This document shows positions 1 to 10,027 of a stretch of DNA of 64,000 bases, piece by piece (the first letter of the stretch is position 1; every line of letters starts with the position of its first letter). Under the pieces are notes generated by a model that was not told where the DNA came from, ran no database searches, and was given only the letters and a program-made list of their open reading frames with translations. The DNA is from an uncultured Gammaproteobacteria bacterium. Its GTDB lineage: Bacteria > Patescibacteriota > Microgenomatia > Levybacterales > GWA1-39-11. The position numbers were made by a program, and so were the translations under genes. The DNA lies in assembly GCA_964504535.1 (NCBI GenBank), contig CAZDED010000001.1, positions 37,804 through 101,803 of the forward strand, written 5' to 3'.

Positions 1-300
1 TACTACCCCCTCTTTATATAATATGTCGATATCAAACCCAGCATTATGAGCAACCAAAATATTTTCTTTTAGAATCTCTTCTAAATCACTTTTCATCTTG
101 GACCCAATGAATGGTTCTTTATCATCAACCATCTTATTTGTGATATGAGATATACTCATAGACTTTATGGAGATTGGAACCGGTGGCTTGAAATACTCAG
201 CATAAATTTCATTTCTGAATTTGTAACAAACTTGTGTTAGGCGATCAATCAATATATCTATACCGGTTGTCTCAGTGTCAAGAAAAACAAGATTCTCCAT
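1..300 (-). CDS. DEDDh-type 3'-5' exonuclease (DnaQ/epsilon-like), partial; C-terminus beyond window edge
   Basis: Reverse-complement translation from ATG at 300 gives MENLVFLDTETTGIDI...ILVAHNAGFDIDIL, matching Exo I (FLDTETTG) and Exo II (VAHNAGFD) motifs of DnaQ-like exonucleases. Confidence 0.7.
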   Translation of the reverse strand, partial: MENLVFLDTETTGIDILIDRLTQVCYKFRNEIYAEYFKPPVPISIKSMSISHITNKMVDDKEPFIGSKMKSDLEEILKENILVAHNAGFDIDILYKEGVV

Positions 301-339
301 GGGCTTATTATATACTACGAAGTTGTAGAAGCGAGAAAA

Positions 340-687
340 TTAGCGGTTGACGCAGTTGTTATATGTTGTATTTCCGTTCTCTATGATAACAGCTCCTCTA
401 TCCCTCTTCCAAAACACTATACTTTCATCATCATTGACATATCTTAACCCATCAGTTGATACAACTTTAGGTAAATCCATAACCCTGTCGTCCGAAAGCG
501 TAATTGAAGCAATATCATTTTGGAATGTCGCATCAATAAATTTCCCTTCTGAACATATAAATTTTTCAGGAGCCGTTCCTGGTATCAAAGTGAACTGTCG
601 ATAAAGGACAATAAAGAGGATAACAAATATTCCTACAATTATCCCAATCATGAATTGATGTTTTCCAAGAGATTTTTTCTTTGCCAT
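340..687 (-). CDS. small membrane-anchored protein, possible MliC-type lysozyme-inhibitor-like domain
   Basis: 115 aa with N-terminal TM helix (IGIIVGIFVILFIVL) then a beta-rich domain (DGLRYVNDDESIVFWKRDRGAVIIENGNTTYNNC) reminiscent of the MliC/PliC fold; family assignment tentative. Confidence 0.4.
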   Translation of the reverse strand: MAKKKSLGKHQFMIGIIVGIFVILFIVLYRQFTLIPGTAPEKFICSEGKFIDATFQNDIASITLSDDRVMDLPKVVSTDGLRYVNDDESIVFWKRDRGAVIIENGNTTYNNCVNR

Positions 688-730
688 ATTTCATTATAAA
701 CATAATAAAATATTGTTAGTCAAATAGTAA

Positions 731-1285
731 TTATCGAAGACCTAATTTTTTCGAACAAGCACCCCATGCTCCCCACCCTCTGATTTTTTGCAACATTTTC
801 CCTCGCTCTATCTGCTCTCCTTTTGATGCGTCAGATGGCTTACCTGTTCCACCAACAGATGCCCATGCTCCCAAAGAAAACTGCAGACCACCAAAATATC
901 CGTTCCCCGAGTCACTCTGCCAATTATGATGCGATTCACATTCTGCTACTTTTAGCCATACGTCATCATCAGCAGGATTATAGACAGGTGTTGGTGTAGG
1001 GGTAATTTTGTCTACCTCATAACTCATGGCTATCACAACGGGTTTAATCTCTTCAGAATTATCTATTGCTGGATGAGGATTGATATCAGGAGTCTTTTCA
1101 AAAACGCTTTCCTGCCTATAAGACTGTGTCTCAGATTCTGAGTGAGCTTTAATTGCAGTACCCGTCAATAGAATTACAATAGTCACAACAAGGACAATAA
1201 TAAGTCCTATCCTTTCACCTAAAAGGAAAAAAAGTTCTTTGGAAATATTTTTTGTGTGCTCCATATTGTGGCTCAAAACAGTCAC
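731..1285 (-). CDS. Rpf-like (resuscitation-promoting-factor type) transglycosylase domain protein, membrane anchored
   Basis: N-terminal TM then C-terminal WLKVAECESHHNWQSDSGNGYFGGLQFSLGAWASVGG...IRGWGAWGAC, matching the transglycosylase-like (Rpf) domain signature. Confidence 0.7.
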   Translation of the reverse strand: MTVLSHNMEHTKNISKELFFLLGERIGLIIVLVVTIVILLTGTAIKAHSESETQSYRQESVFEKTPDINPHPAIDNSEEIKPVVIAMSYEVDKITPTPTPVYNPADDDVWLKVAECESHHNWQSDSGNGYFGGLQFSLGAWASVGGTGKPSDASKGEQIERGKMLQKIRGWGAWGACSKKLGLR

Positions 1286-1386
1286 TAGGGTTAGTGTTTA
1301 TTATATCGCCGTGGCACTACGCAATGCAACTTTGAGCCTAAAAAGTGATATATTGACATCTTTTTTTCTTGATATATAAATAATAT

Positions 1387-2415
1387 ATGAGATCCAACCT
1401 GCCACGGATTCTGACAGCGTCGTTCCTTCTTTTTCTCACCCTTCTATTTATCGTAGCAACACCAATATCCCAAGCAGCAACAGCAAGCCACGTAGTAATT
1501 TCGGAAATTTCGTTATCAGGATTTACAACAAGTGATGAATTCGTCGAACTATATAATCCAACTGACCAAGATATAAACTTGCAAAATTGGAGACTACGAA
1601 AAAAGACGGATAGCGGAGCGGGATCAAATCTGGTTGCTTCACTTTCAGGAGTTATCAAATCCCACGGGTACTTTCTAATAGTACCTCAAACTGGATATAT
1701 GGGTCTGGTTCCAGGAGATCGAACCTTTTCTGTTGCGGGGGCTCAGCTTGCACAAGACAATACAGTACTTTTATATAGCGATGCTGGCATCACACTGGTA
1801 GATAAAGTAGGATTTGGAGCAGTAGTTGATAGAGAAGGAACGGCCGCAGCAAACCCTATTGTGGGCGAAGGATTAGAGCGGAAGGCAAATTCTAACTCAA
1901 CCGTTGAATCGATGGTTGAGGGTGTCGATAAATTCCTGGGCAATGGAGAGGATACTGACAATAACTCCTCAGATTTTATCAAAAGAGTAGTTTCAAATCC
2001 CCAAAATGCTAACTCAGCGCTTGAACCAGTAGCAACACCGACTCCCACCACAACAAGTACTCCAACGGTAACTGTTACACCTACTCCAACCGAAACAATA
2101 ACTCCCACTCCAACAGAAACCACTACGCCTACACCGACTCCTACGTTGACCGAAACTCAAACCCCCACTATTACTGAAACGCCTACTCCGTCTCCTATGG
2201 TTACACCAACTCCAACAGCGACTCCATCACCAACCGTACTACCAACAGCCACACCTACAGCTACCGTGACTCCAACCGTAACGGTGACGCCAACACCCAC
2301 TGTGAGTCCTTTCCCCCGATTTAACGTAGTCTGCACAACGAGAATGATGAATTTCCATATCTTTAATGTAACCTTCAGTGTTCCACTTGTCTCCTGCAAT
2401 CTCGTCAGACTCTGA
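1387..2415 (+). CDS. secreted lamin-tail-domain (LTD) protein with Thr/Pro-rich linker
   Basis: Signal peptide ([18 protein letters not shown]); [10 protein letters not shown]...[23 protein letters not shown] matches the LTD fold signature; then about 90 aa of TPTPTET repeats. Confidence 0.65.
   Translation: MRSNLPRILTASFLLFLTLLFIVATPISQAATASHVVISEISLSGFTTSDEFVELYNPTDQDINLQNWRLRKKTDSGAGSNLVASLSGVIKSHGYFLIVPQTGYMGLVPGDRTFSVAGAQLAQDNTVLLYSDAGITLVDKVGFGAVVDREGTAAANPIVGEGLERKANSNSTVESMVEGVDKFLGNGEDTDNNSSDFIKRVVSNPQNANSALEPVATPTPTTTSTPTVTVTPTPTETITPTPTETTTPTPTPTLTETQTPTITETPTPSPMVTPTPTATPSPTVLPTATPTATVTPTVTVTPTPTVSPFPRFNVVCTTRMMNFHIFNVTFSVPLVSCNLVRL
2030..2300 (+). repeat. low-complexity ACN-CCN (Thr-Pro) codon repeat inside the LTD gene
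   Basis: Repeated acNccNacN units encoding [23 protein letters not shown]...; the overlapping antisense ORFs 1743..2123 and 2157..2399 are artefacts of it. Confidence 0.7.
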
Positions 2416-2458
2416 TTATTGTCAACCTACCTCAAATACTGTAATCTTTTAATACCCA

Positions 2459-3505
2459 ATGCAAAATCTTGATGAAGCGATAATTAAAGAGATGAAGAAT
2501 GAATCTCTCAGGTATATCCCTGATACTAGCCCTGGATATTTCAGACAGAAAAACCGCAATGTATTTACCTACTACGACGCTGATGGAAATAAAATAAAAG
2601 ATGAGGCGACGCTTGAGCGGATCAAGAAATTGGTAATTCCCCCTGCTTGGAAAAATGTTTGGATTTGTCCTAAAAAAAATGGCCATCTTCAAGCAACTGG
2701 CCTAGATGAGAAAGGAAGAAAACAATACATATACCATGAGGATTGGACAAGAATAAATCAAGAAAATAAGTTCTCAAAAATTATAGAATTTGGATTAAGT
2801 CTTCCAAAAATAAGACAAAAAATACAATATGATATGCGGCATGATGACATGGACAAAAGAAAAATCATAGCAACCGTCATTTGGCTTTTAGAACATACAT
2901 TTGTAAGAGTGGGGAACGAAGAATATCAGAAAGAGAATAACTCTTTTGGACTAACTACACTCCGAAATAGGCATGCAAAAGTGAAGGGAGATGAGATTGT
3001 TTTCCGATTCCGTGGGAAACATGGGGTGGAAAATGTAGTGGAAGTTACCAATCCTACCGTTGCCGCGACGATCAAGAAATGTATAGAACTTCCAGGATAT
3101 GAACTTTTTCAATACATCGATGAAGAGGGGAAAAGGCATGTCATAGACTCAGAGGATGTGAATGATTTTCTTGCAGAAATTACAAATGATGATTTTACGG
3201 CAAAAGATTTCAGAACGTGGGGAGCCACAAACCTTTCCTCAAGAATTCTTTATAACATTGGACAAGCTGAAAACAAAGCCTCTTTGGAAAAAAATATAAG
3301 ACAAACTGTAAAACAGGTTGCCATGCACCTTAATAACACAGTGAGCGTCTGCAGAAGTTACTATATCCACCCTACTGTTATCAAAACATACACAAAGAAG
3401 ATATTGGTGCCACACTTCGAAACCAACAAAACTAAAAAGCCTGAAATAAATGGGCTTTCATGGAATGAAAGTGCACTCATCAAACTGCTGCAAAAATATA
3501 CCTAA
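2459..3505 (+). CDS. type IB DNA topoisomerase (poxvirus/bacterial TopIB family)
   Basis: YIPDTSPGYFRQKNRNVFTYYDADG...IPPAWKNVWICPKKNGHLQATGLDEKGRKQYIYH, catalytic-region FRGKHG and DFRTWGAT motifs, and a C-terminal SYYIHP containing the presumed active-site Tyr. Confidence 0.8.
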   Translation: MQNLDEAIIKEMKNESLRYIPDTSPGYFRQKNRNVFTYYDADGNKIKDEATLERIKKLVIPPAWKNVWICPKKNGHLQATGLDEKGRKQYIYHEDWTRINQENKFSKIIEFGLSLPKIRQKIQYDMRHDDMDKRKIIATVIWLLEHTFVRVGNEEYQKENNSFGLTTLRNRHAKVKGDEIVFRFRGKHGVENVVEVTNPTVAATIKKCIELPGYELFQYIDEEGKRHVIDSEDVNDFLAEITNDDFTAKDFRTWGATNLSSRILYNIGQAENKASLEKNIRQTVKQVAMHLNNTVSVCRSYYIHPTVIKTYTKKILVPHFETNKTKKPEINGLSWNESALIKLLQKYT

Positions 3506-3513
3506 ACGAAGAA

Positions 3514-3906
3514 TTATTGTTCTTTCGGTAACATCTTTCCGTTCATATCCATTGCGTCTCCATTTTGCATCATGATTGATGATCCGTCAGCTTTAATTAC
3601 TTCACCTTCGGAAGTTACTTTTTCTCCATTGGTCATCATAAGATCTGAGTCCATTTGCTTCAGTTCTCCGTTTTCAACTATCCACATCTTATCTTCCTTC
3701 ATCATGACCTTATTTGCGTTTGATTTGAATTTCTGCAAAGACTGATCTTTATCAGCTACCATTTTTGACAACTCAATGATCTGTGGTTTGTATTTCGCAC
3801 GAGCTATAAAATAACCAGCTACAAAAACGACCAAAAGTGAAACCGCCAAGACTATTTTCATAGTCATGTCTTTTTGCTCTTCAGCTGTTCTTTTTTTACT
3901 TGCCAT
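3514..3906 (-). CDS. hypothetical membrane-anchored protein with Met/Lys/Gly-rich repeats (DUF6799-like)
   Basis: N-terminal TM; repeated MMKEDKMW..NGE..MM.NGEK...DGSSIMMQNGDAMDMNGKM pattern. Confidence 0.35.
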   Translation of the reverse strand: MASKKRTAEEQKDMTMKIVLAVSLLVVFVAGYFIARAKYKPQIIELSKMVADKDQSLQKFKSNANKVMMKEDKMWIVENGELKQMDSDLMMTNGEKVTSEGEVIKADGSSIMMQNGDAMDMNGKMLPKEQ

Positions 3907-4025
3907 ATCAAATCACCTCGCTTTCATTTATGAATTAAGAATACAGTATTAAGTATTAAGGATTTGGGACTTTGTGTCAAGGGAGTGGAGAAAGGAAGCA
4001 ATATCTTTAGTTCGCAAGGATCTAG

Positions 4026-4826
4026 CTAAGCAAAATATTCCCTAACAATCTTAACAGACTTAGCTATATCCTTGTAGTATTTTTCCCTAGCGTTGAGGAC
4101 TCTTGGGCACAACTCAAGATTGATGAGTCCATCATATTTCTTTTCCTTCAGAAAGGTCAAAAAACTTTCATAGTTAAGGAGTCCATCACCAAGCCCCATG
4201 TGCTCTTTTTTCTCAGTAAAGTCAGAGAGGTGGATGTTACGCATCAATGGCCATAATTCAGAAAAACCCACAGCTTTTTGAGGCTCTGATGCCATAAGGT
4301 GTGAGATATCCAGAGTAAAACCAAACCCATATTTAGTACAAATAGTGTCAAAATTTTCAAGATCAGTTGCACTATCATGGTGCTTCTTGCTAACATAATG
4401 AAGTAACGGCATGAGTTGATAAATATTTGTCATATTTTCTATGAGAATTTCGATCTGATATTTCTTCTGCATTTCTGAAAGCCACTTGTAATATGCCTTG
4501 GACTTAGGAGAATTGATATGCTGGTTCACTAACGGGTGAGCAACATAAACTGAATTAAATTTTTGGGCAAAGTAAAATGCTTTTTCATCCTGCCAAAATC
4601 CAGCAACTGACCAAGCAGGCTGATGGATTGATAAAATTGGCACATTATACCTTTTTGAAAGGCGGGCAAGCTTTCTCATCTGAAATCGTGTCTTCCATCC
4701 AACAACAACCTCAAGCCCATCTACTTGCAGATTGTTGGCAAGTAAAAAATACTCCTCAAGTGCAATTCCAAGTGGAATATCAGCGATTGAGAATGTAAGT
4801 TTTGGACTAGATTTTGATGATTCCAT
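4026..4826 (-). CDS. sugar phosphate isomerase/epimerase (xylose-isomerase-like TIM barrel)
   Basis: 266 aa with LDISHL and ENM motifs typical of the AP-endonuclease-2/xylose-isomerase-like TIM-barrel family. Confidence 0.5.
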   Translation of the reverse strand: MESSKSSPKLTFSIADIPLGIALEEYFLLANNLQVDGLEVVVGWKTRFQMRKLARLSKRYNVPILSIHQPAWSVAGFWQDEKAFYFAQKFNSVYVAHPLVNQHINSPKSKAYYKWLSEMQKKYQIEILIENMTNIYQLMPLLHYVSKKHHDSATDLENFDTICTKYGFGFTLDISHLMASEPQKAVGFSELWPLMRNIHLSDFTEKKEHMGLGDGLLNYESFLTFLKEKKYDGLINLELCPRVLNAREKYYKDIAKSVKIVREYFA

Positions 4827-4910
4827 ATTTGTATATTCTATTTAGTATATGGCATATTGCAATGCTTTTATACAACATACGATATACAATATACTACATA
4901 CTATCCCACT

Positions 4911-5510
4911 ATGTATGAAGACGCGTTAAAACATTTCAAAAAAGTTGATCCTCTTTTATACGAAGTTGCCCAAAGCATTGACCCAATCGTGCTTGAGAAA
5001 AGTCCAGACAACTTCAAGAGGCTCACTCGTGCAATTGTTGGCCAACAATTGTCCGTTAAGGCAGCAAGCACCATATTTGGAAGATTTGAAAAATTGTTTA
5101 AAAAGAAAGTAAATGCCGCAGATATCCTAAAACTAAAGGATGATGATATTAGAGCCTGTGGTATTTCATATCCAAAAATAAAATATATTAAAGATTTGGC
5201 TGAAAAAGTACACAACAAAGAACTGATGCTTGATAGTTTTGAGTCTGCTGATGAAACAACAATTATTGAAAACCTCACCAAGGTTAAAGGTATTGGAATA
5301 TGGAGTGCTGAGATGTTTTTAATGTTTGCTTTAGCAAAACCGGATGTATTCTCGGTTGGAGACTTAGGACTTAAGAATGCGATGATAAAGCTTTACGGAT
5401 TAAAAGATCCAAGCAAAGAAAAGTTAATCAAACTGTCTCAAAAATGGAGCCCCTATAGAACTTACGCTTGTAGAATTTTGTGGCAAAGTCTAGACAACTC
5501 CCCGAAATAA
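4911..5510 (+). CDS. HhH-GPD superfamily DNA glycosylase (AlkA/3-methyladenine glycosylase II-like)
   Basis: LTRAIVGQQLSVKAASTIFGRF...LTKVKGIGIWSAEMFLMFAL..PDVFSVGDLGL, i.e. helix-hairpin-helix GIG plus catalytic Asp; start moved to the internal ATG at 4911. Confidence 0.7.
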   Translation: MYEDALKHFKKVDPLLYEVAQSIDPIVLEKSPDNFKRLTRAIVGQQLSVKAASTIFGRFEKLFKKKVNAADILKLKDDDIRACGISYPKIKYIKDLAEKVHNKELMLDSFESADETTIIENLTKVKGIGIWSAEMFLMFALAKPDVFSVGDLGLKNAMIKLYGLKDPSKEKLIKLSQKWSPYRTYACRILWQSLDNSPK

Positions 5511-5527
5511 AAGTCAGAAGTTAGTAG

Positions 5528-6493
5528 TTAAACGATTTCAATCTCAACTTCTGGAGTTATTCCAAAGGATTCTTGCATCTCTTCCTCAACTTCAACTATC
5601 AGATTTTTTACGTCAGAGGCCTTAGCCCCCCCCTTGTTTACAATAAAATTCTGATGCTTCTCACTAATTTGTGCTCCTCCAATCTCTCTCCCCTTAAGTC
5701 CCAGGCGGTCAATAATATATCCCATACTAACCTTGCCATGCCATTTTTCATTTACCAATTCTTTTATGTCATCCCACGATTCCAAAATCCGTGCCACATC
5801 CTCAGGCCGTGAAATATTTTTAAATACACTTCCACAGTTAGGGTAGTCAAGTGGATGCTTATCTTGTCTATAGGTTATATTTTCAAAGTATTTTTCATGA
5901 GCACTTAGTAACTCCTCAGGATTTCCTTCTCTTAACTGGAACTGAGCAGACACAACGATTAGTTTGTCAGATTTTACTTTACTTGAACGGTAAGAAAAAT
6001 CCATCTCATCACGGTTGAGAGTAATCTCTTCATAGTCACCGTTTTCCTGTAACCGTATACAATGTGCTTTTACAAAAATGTCTTTTATCTCGCCACCAAA
6101 TGCTCCAACATTGCCTCTGACTGCAGCCCCAACTGTACCTGGCAGTCCACCTGCCCATTCTAACCCAACGAGCCCATTCTCAAATTGTGCTTGAATAACA
6201 CTGTCTAAAAACTCACCTGCAAATGACTCTACAATATTGTTTTCAAGTAACCTAACTCCTTGTCCATCCTCTTGCATCAAAAACCGAATAATTACACCAT
6301 CATACCCTTCGTCGGAAAACAATAAGTTGGACCCCAATCCCAAAACAAAAACTTTGGAAATATTATTATCTTTAATGTAGGAGAGTGCTTCGTAAAGATC
6401 TTCTTTTGAAGCAACATCAAGAACAGTTTTGGCTACACCGCCAATCTGATACCAGAGAATTGTTGAGAGTAAAACATTGTTGTATATTTGCAT
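5528..6493 (-). CDS. murB: UDP-N-acetylenolpyruvoylglucosamine reductase
   Basis: FAD-binding N-terminus (GGVAKTV..LGLGSNLL), GLEWAGGLPGTVGAAVRGNVGAFGGEI and C-terminal MurB domain. Confidence 0.9.
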   Translation of the reverse strand: MQIYNNVLLSTILWYQIGGVAKTVLDVASKEDLYEALSYIKDNNISKVFVLGLGSNLLFSDEGYDGVIIRFLMQEDGQGVRLLENNIVESFAGEFLDSVIQAQFENGLVGLEWAGGLPGTVGAAVRGNVGAFGGEIKDIFVKAHCIRLQENGDYEEITLNRDEMDFSYRSSKVKSDKLIVVSAQFQLREGNPEELLSAHEKYFENITYRQDKHPLDYPNCGSVFKNISRPEDVARILESWDDIKELVNEKWHGKVSMGYIIDRLGLKGREIGGAQISEKHQNFIVNKGGAKASDVKNLIVEVEEEMQESFGITPEVEIEIV

Positions 6494-6499
6494 AAACTA

Positions 6500-6560
6500 A
6501 TTATAGATTATAAACACGAAATCCGAATGTCGAAATTCGAAACAAATTTCAAATCACAAT
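6500..6560. repeat. AT-rich palindromic intergenic repeat (family member R1; motif cgaaatccgaatgtcgaaattcgaaacaaat)
   Basis: Shares a core of about 30 nt with 8750..8790 and, in inverted orientation, with 6908..6953, 8795..8835 and 10030..10150. Confidence 0.7.
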
Positions 6561-6907
6561 TACTCAGACTTCTTAAGTATAGCCCCAAATATATTCATTA
6601 ACTCTGTAGCTTCCTGTAATAATTCTTCCCTTTCCTGACTATAAGCAAGTAATCTTAGCCAAAATCGTGTTTCCTTGGCTTCTTTTCGTGAAATCTTAAT
6701 CCTCATTATGAAATCTTTTTTACTTAGAGAGTCGTTTGCTTCTATATAATTTGCACCAATCGAACCTGATGAGCGTACTAGTTGTTTAATATCATCAATA
6801 GAAGATACTGATTTTGGAATAATCTTAACATACTCGCGAACTTTAGAGGCAAACTGAAAAGTTCTTTCTTCTAAATCATACTGTTTGGAATTTTTAGCTT
6901 CGGACAT
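6560..6907 (-). CDS. four-helix-bundle protein (TIGR02436 / 23S rRNA intervening-sequence protein family)
   Basis: 115 aa; SIGANYIEA and ETRFWL motifs characteristic of this family. Confidence 0.8.
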   Translation of the reverse strand: MSEAKNSKQYDLEERTFQFASKVREYVKIIPKSVSSIDDIKQLVRSSGSIGANYIEANDSLSKKDFIMRIKISRKEAKETRFWLRLLAYSQEREELLQEATELMNIFGAILKKSE

Positions 6908-6953
6908 TGGAGTTTATTTCGTGCTTCGAATTTAGAATTTCGAATTTATGTAA
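6908..6953. repeat. AT-rich palindromic intergenic repeat (R2; tttcgtgcttcgaatttagaatttcgaattt)
   Basis: Inverted version of the R1 core; recurs at 8795..8835. Confidence 0.7.
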
Positions 6954-8735
6954 TTATTGGGAGGCATCTGCTACATCACTTTCTTCGAGCCTGAGTAACC
7001 CCTCGTCAAGCCTTTTTTGATCTAAGAAGTGTGCAATAAATCCTACTGACCTTGAGAGTACAAAGAGTGCATTGAAAAATTCCGCTTGTATAAGTTCCCA
7101 CAACTGCTCGTCACTATATCCCTCTTTTTCAGAAAGATAATCAAGCAATACTGCAGCGATACTACCATCTATATTTAGAATTAAATTCCCCTTCTTCTCC
7201 GTCGTTATCTTTTCAACTTCCATCGCAAATTTGCTAAACCTCTTCTTCTCTAATCTATTTGCGTATTCCATGATTTCACCAACTCTTGGGTCTGGCATAT
7301 CTACTCTATATTTTTTGTGCCCAATCCCCTGTATATAAACTTTCTTACTTGCTGATTCTTCAACAAAAGCGCTTGCACTTTTTCCATCAACAACTCCAGA
7401 GAACCAGTTGCGTGCTGCTTCATTTAAAGCTCCTCCAAATCGTGGACCAATGGTAAGTAACCCTGCAGAAAGAGAGGAAACCAGATCCCGTCCTGCACGA
7501 GCCGATACTATCGTATTTAATGCTCCTGAAACATATGGCCCGTGGTCAACTGATACTCGCAGTATAAAATCCACAAACTCTTCAGTGTCTGGTAACACTA
7601 TCTTTTTCCCTAAGAATAGAGAAGCAGCAATCTTTGCAAATGAATTTTCTTTTGCAAAAGAGAGTAGATCCTCACCCAAAATTTTGACGTCCCCATCAAC
7701 ATCTTTTGAGATACTTGATGAAATAAGTGCATGTTTGCGATCGTCCATATTTTCAATTGTATCATTCGGACTTTCAAAACCAAAATCATCCAAAGTTCCA
7801 ATCAACTGTACAAATTCTGAAAAAGTCTCAGGAACTTTTGCACCCGCTTTTTTGAGAGCTTCCCTTTTTGCTTTTGCTGATTCTTCATTTTTTTCTGCCA
7901 TTGCTTTTGCGTGTCCGAATTGTGGAGGAGTCTCAAATAGATCTGAGATAGTACCTGCAACATAACAGATGACAGGTTTTGTAATATGTCCTACTTCCAA
8001 AAGCTTAGCTAATTTATATTCATCTTCCCCACCCAATTCCCCGTAATACACAATAGCCTTTGTCTCCTCATCCTTCTGTGCGACCATAAGTGCATCGACC
8101 GGCTCGAGTAATGGAAATCTGTCACCACCAAAAGAAAGTGAAAAGCTAACTTTATTGTGCGTATTGTTAACGACATTTATTATTTCGTTTACCATCCCTC
8201 CTGATGCTGACAAAACACAAACTCCACCTTTTGAGAGCAAACCGGATGAAGTAATTTGTTTTGTCGATACTCCACCAATGGCACCGAGCTTTAGAACACC
8301 TGGGATAACAAGACCTACGCTTGAAGGACCAATCAAGGTTACATTTTTATCTTTGGCATATTCAAAAAGATCAATGGAATGCTTTTCAGGAACACCTTCT
8401 GCAAAAATTGTTCCAATTTTCATATTGGGGAATGTATCAATAGCCTCAACCATAGAGGTTAATGCTCTTCTTCCTGAGCTTACATTGAGAACCGTGTTAA
8501 CATCTTTTTTCACGTTTTCAGGAATGACAGACAGAGTAGAGTAGACCGGTAATAGCACTTCCCTCCTTCCGAAGAAAAACCTTACAAATTTTCGTCCTGT
8601 TGCCACGATTCCAACGATTGATGGAGTGGTGTGCCCTATCAAAAAATCATAATCAAGCATGGATTGGATTATCCCTGGATGATTACCTATTACTATTATT
8701 TTCGATTGTGTTTTTCTTAAAAGTTCAATATCCAT
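6954..8735 (-). CDS. aclA: ATP-citrate lyase large subunit (CoA-binding/succinyl-CoA-synthetase-alpha-like domain fused to citrate-synthase-like domain)
   Basis: N-terminal CoA-binding (KIIVIGNHPG), phosphohistidine loop PQFGHAKA (compare ACLY QFGHAGA), C-terminal citrate-synthase-like signature GHKKYRVDMPDPR; size 593 aa typical of bacterial AclA. Confidence 0.8.
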   Translation of the reverse strand: MDIELLRKTQSKIIVIGNHPGIIQSMLDYDFLIGHTTPSIVGIVATGRKFVRFFFGRREVLLPVYSTLSVIPENVKKDVNTVLNVSSGRRALTSMVEAIDTFPNMKIGTIFAEGVPEKHSIDLFEYAKDKNVTLIGPSSVGLVIPGVLKLGAIGGVSTKQITSSGLLSKGGVCVLSASGGMVNEIINVVNNTHNKVSFSLSFGGDRFPLLEPVDALMVAQKDEETKAIVYYGELGGEDEYKLAKLLEVGHITKPVICYVAGTISDLFETPPQFGHAKAMAEKNEESAKAKREALKKAGAKVPETFSEFVQLIGTLDDFGFESPNDTIENMDDRKHALISSSISKDVDGDVKILGEDLLSFAKENSFAKIAASLFLGKKIVLPDTEEFVDFILRVSVDHGPYVSGALNTIVSARAGRDLVSSLSAGLLTIGPRFGGALNEAARNWFSGVVDGKSASAFVEESASKKVYIQGIGHKKYRVDMPDPRVGEIMEYANRLEKKRFSKFAMEVEKITTEKKGNLILNIDGSIAAVLLDYLSEKEGYSDEQLWELIQAEFFNALFVLSRSVGFIAHFLDQKRLDEGLLRLEESDVADASQ

Positions 8736-8739
8736 ATTT

Positions 8740-8835
8740 TGAACTACTAAACTCGAAATCCGAATATCGAAATTCGAAACAAATTAAAAATATCAAATTT
8801 AAAACTAGTTTCGTGCTTCGAATTTAGAATTTCGT
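8740..8835. repeat. composite AT-rich palindromic intergenic repeat (R3; contains both R1-type and R2-type cores)
   Basis: ctcgaaatccgaatatcgaaattcgaaacaaat ... gtttcgtgcttcgaatttagaatttcgtgc. Confidence 0.7.
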
Positions 8836-8837
8836 GC

Positions 8838-10025
8838 TTATCCTACATGCCTCAATGCTGGTTCTACTATGTCTGTCAACACTAACTCCGGTCCGTGAAT
8901 TTCACCTAACAACTCTTCTTTCTCTAAAAAGGTCTTCATCATAGATAACCCTTCTTCCTGATGAGGCCCTCCGCGTCTCACAAAAATTTTCACATTTTGG
9001 GCTCTTAATTTTTCAGATACTTCCCCCAATGCTTTTATTATTCCTTTAAAAGTGATCCTTACATCCGTAAAATTGGCAACTCCACCGGAGATTATTATAG
9101 ATTTATTATGGGATGTAGAACGGAGTAGAGTAGCCAAAATTTGTTTGACGTATAAATACGTCTCTTCCTCAGTTGGACTACCACTGTATTCTCCATAGTT
9201 TGCCAGTTCTTTCCCTTTACCTTTCTGGTATATCTCGTCAGCAGTAACAAGCGATGCTCCTCCACCCGACAGTAATACAAATATTGAGCCATTGGGGTTT
9301 ATGAGCTGAAAACTTAATGCAGCTGGGGTTGTTTCTTTTAACTCCTCGATCGCCTTTTCTTCTTCAGTTTTTTGGACTCTTCCACCTTCCCTAAAGTCAT
9401 TTTTACTCCACACCCCATCTACAAAAAATGATGCCTCACTGTCTACCTCAACTGCTGCATCAAGGAAAAAATATTTTTCTCCCTGACTTACAAGGGGATT
9501 TATTTCTAAAAATGAAAAATAGTAATTATCAAATGCTGTGATTATGCTTTCTAAAGTCTCGACAGAAATCTGAAGAGTTCTTGCAATGTCTTCATACTGA
9601 GCATAATCCGTCAGAACTGAAGTCGTTATAGAATCTTTATTTTCTTCTATGTCTATTCCACCTTTTGTTGCAAAATGCACTCTCTTTCCTTCACGAACGC
9701 GCTCTATAGCCAGATAAAACTCGTCACTACTTTCGTGTTCGAGAAACTCCTCGAGTATGAAATAGGAAAATCCCTTTTCTTTCAATTTTCCAATCTCCTC
9801 CTCAACGTTTTCTTTCGTTACACCTAGTGATATAAGCCCTTTTTTCTTTCTTTGCTTTACCCCCTGGTCAACTTTCAGGACATATTTCTTACCATCCTCC
9901 ATTTGAGATAGGATTTTTTCCAAATACTCTCTTGTCGAGTCTATTGAAATACCACCGTAGGGAACTTCTAAAAAGTCGTAAAGGATTTTCTTTGCACGAA
10001 ACTCTGAAATTTTCTTTCTCGCCAT
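8838..10025 (-). CDS. aclB: ATP-citrate lyase small subunit (ATP-grasp, succinyl-CoA-synthetase-beta-like)
   Basis: Recalled alignment to the N-terminal part of eukaryotic ACLY over most of the length: KKISEFRAKKILYDF (ACLY: KAISEQTGKELLYKF), YFSFLEINPLV, LLSGGGASLVTADEI, ELANYGEYSGSPTEEETY, IISGGVANFTDVRITFKGII, IFVRRGGP. Confidence 0.85.
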   Translation of the reverse strand: MARKKISEFRAKKILYDFLEVPYGGISIDSTREYLEKILSQMEDGKKYVLKVDQGVKQRKKKGLISLGVTKENVEEEIGKLKEKGFSYFILEEFLEHESSDEFYLAIERVREGKRVHFATKGGIDIEENKDSITTSVLTDYAQYEDIARTLQISVETLESIITAFDNYYFSFLEINPLVSQGEKYFFLDAAVEVDSEASFFVDGVWSKNDFREGGRVQKTEEEKAIEELKETTPAALSFQLINPNGSIFVLLSGGGASLVTADEIYQKGKGKELANYGEYSGSPTEEETYLYVKQILATLLRSTSHNKSIIISGGVANFTDVRITFKGIIKALGEVSEKLRAQNVKIFVRRGGPHQEEGLSMMKTFLEKEELLGEIHGPELVLTDIVEPALRHVG

Positions 10026-10027
10026 AT

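Noticed and set aside
1743-2399. Minus-strand ORFs 1743..2123 and 2157..2399 rich in Val/Gly
   Set aside because: Reverse-complement reading of the Thr/Pro codon repeat of the LTD gene; artefact of the ACN/CCN periodicity.
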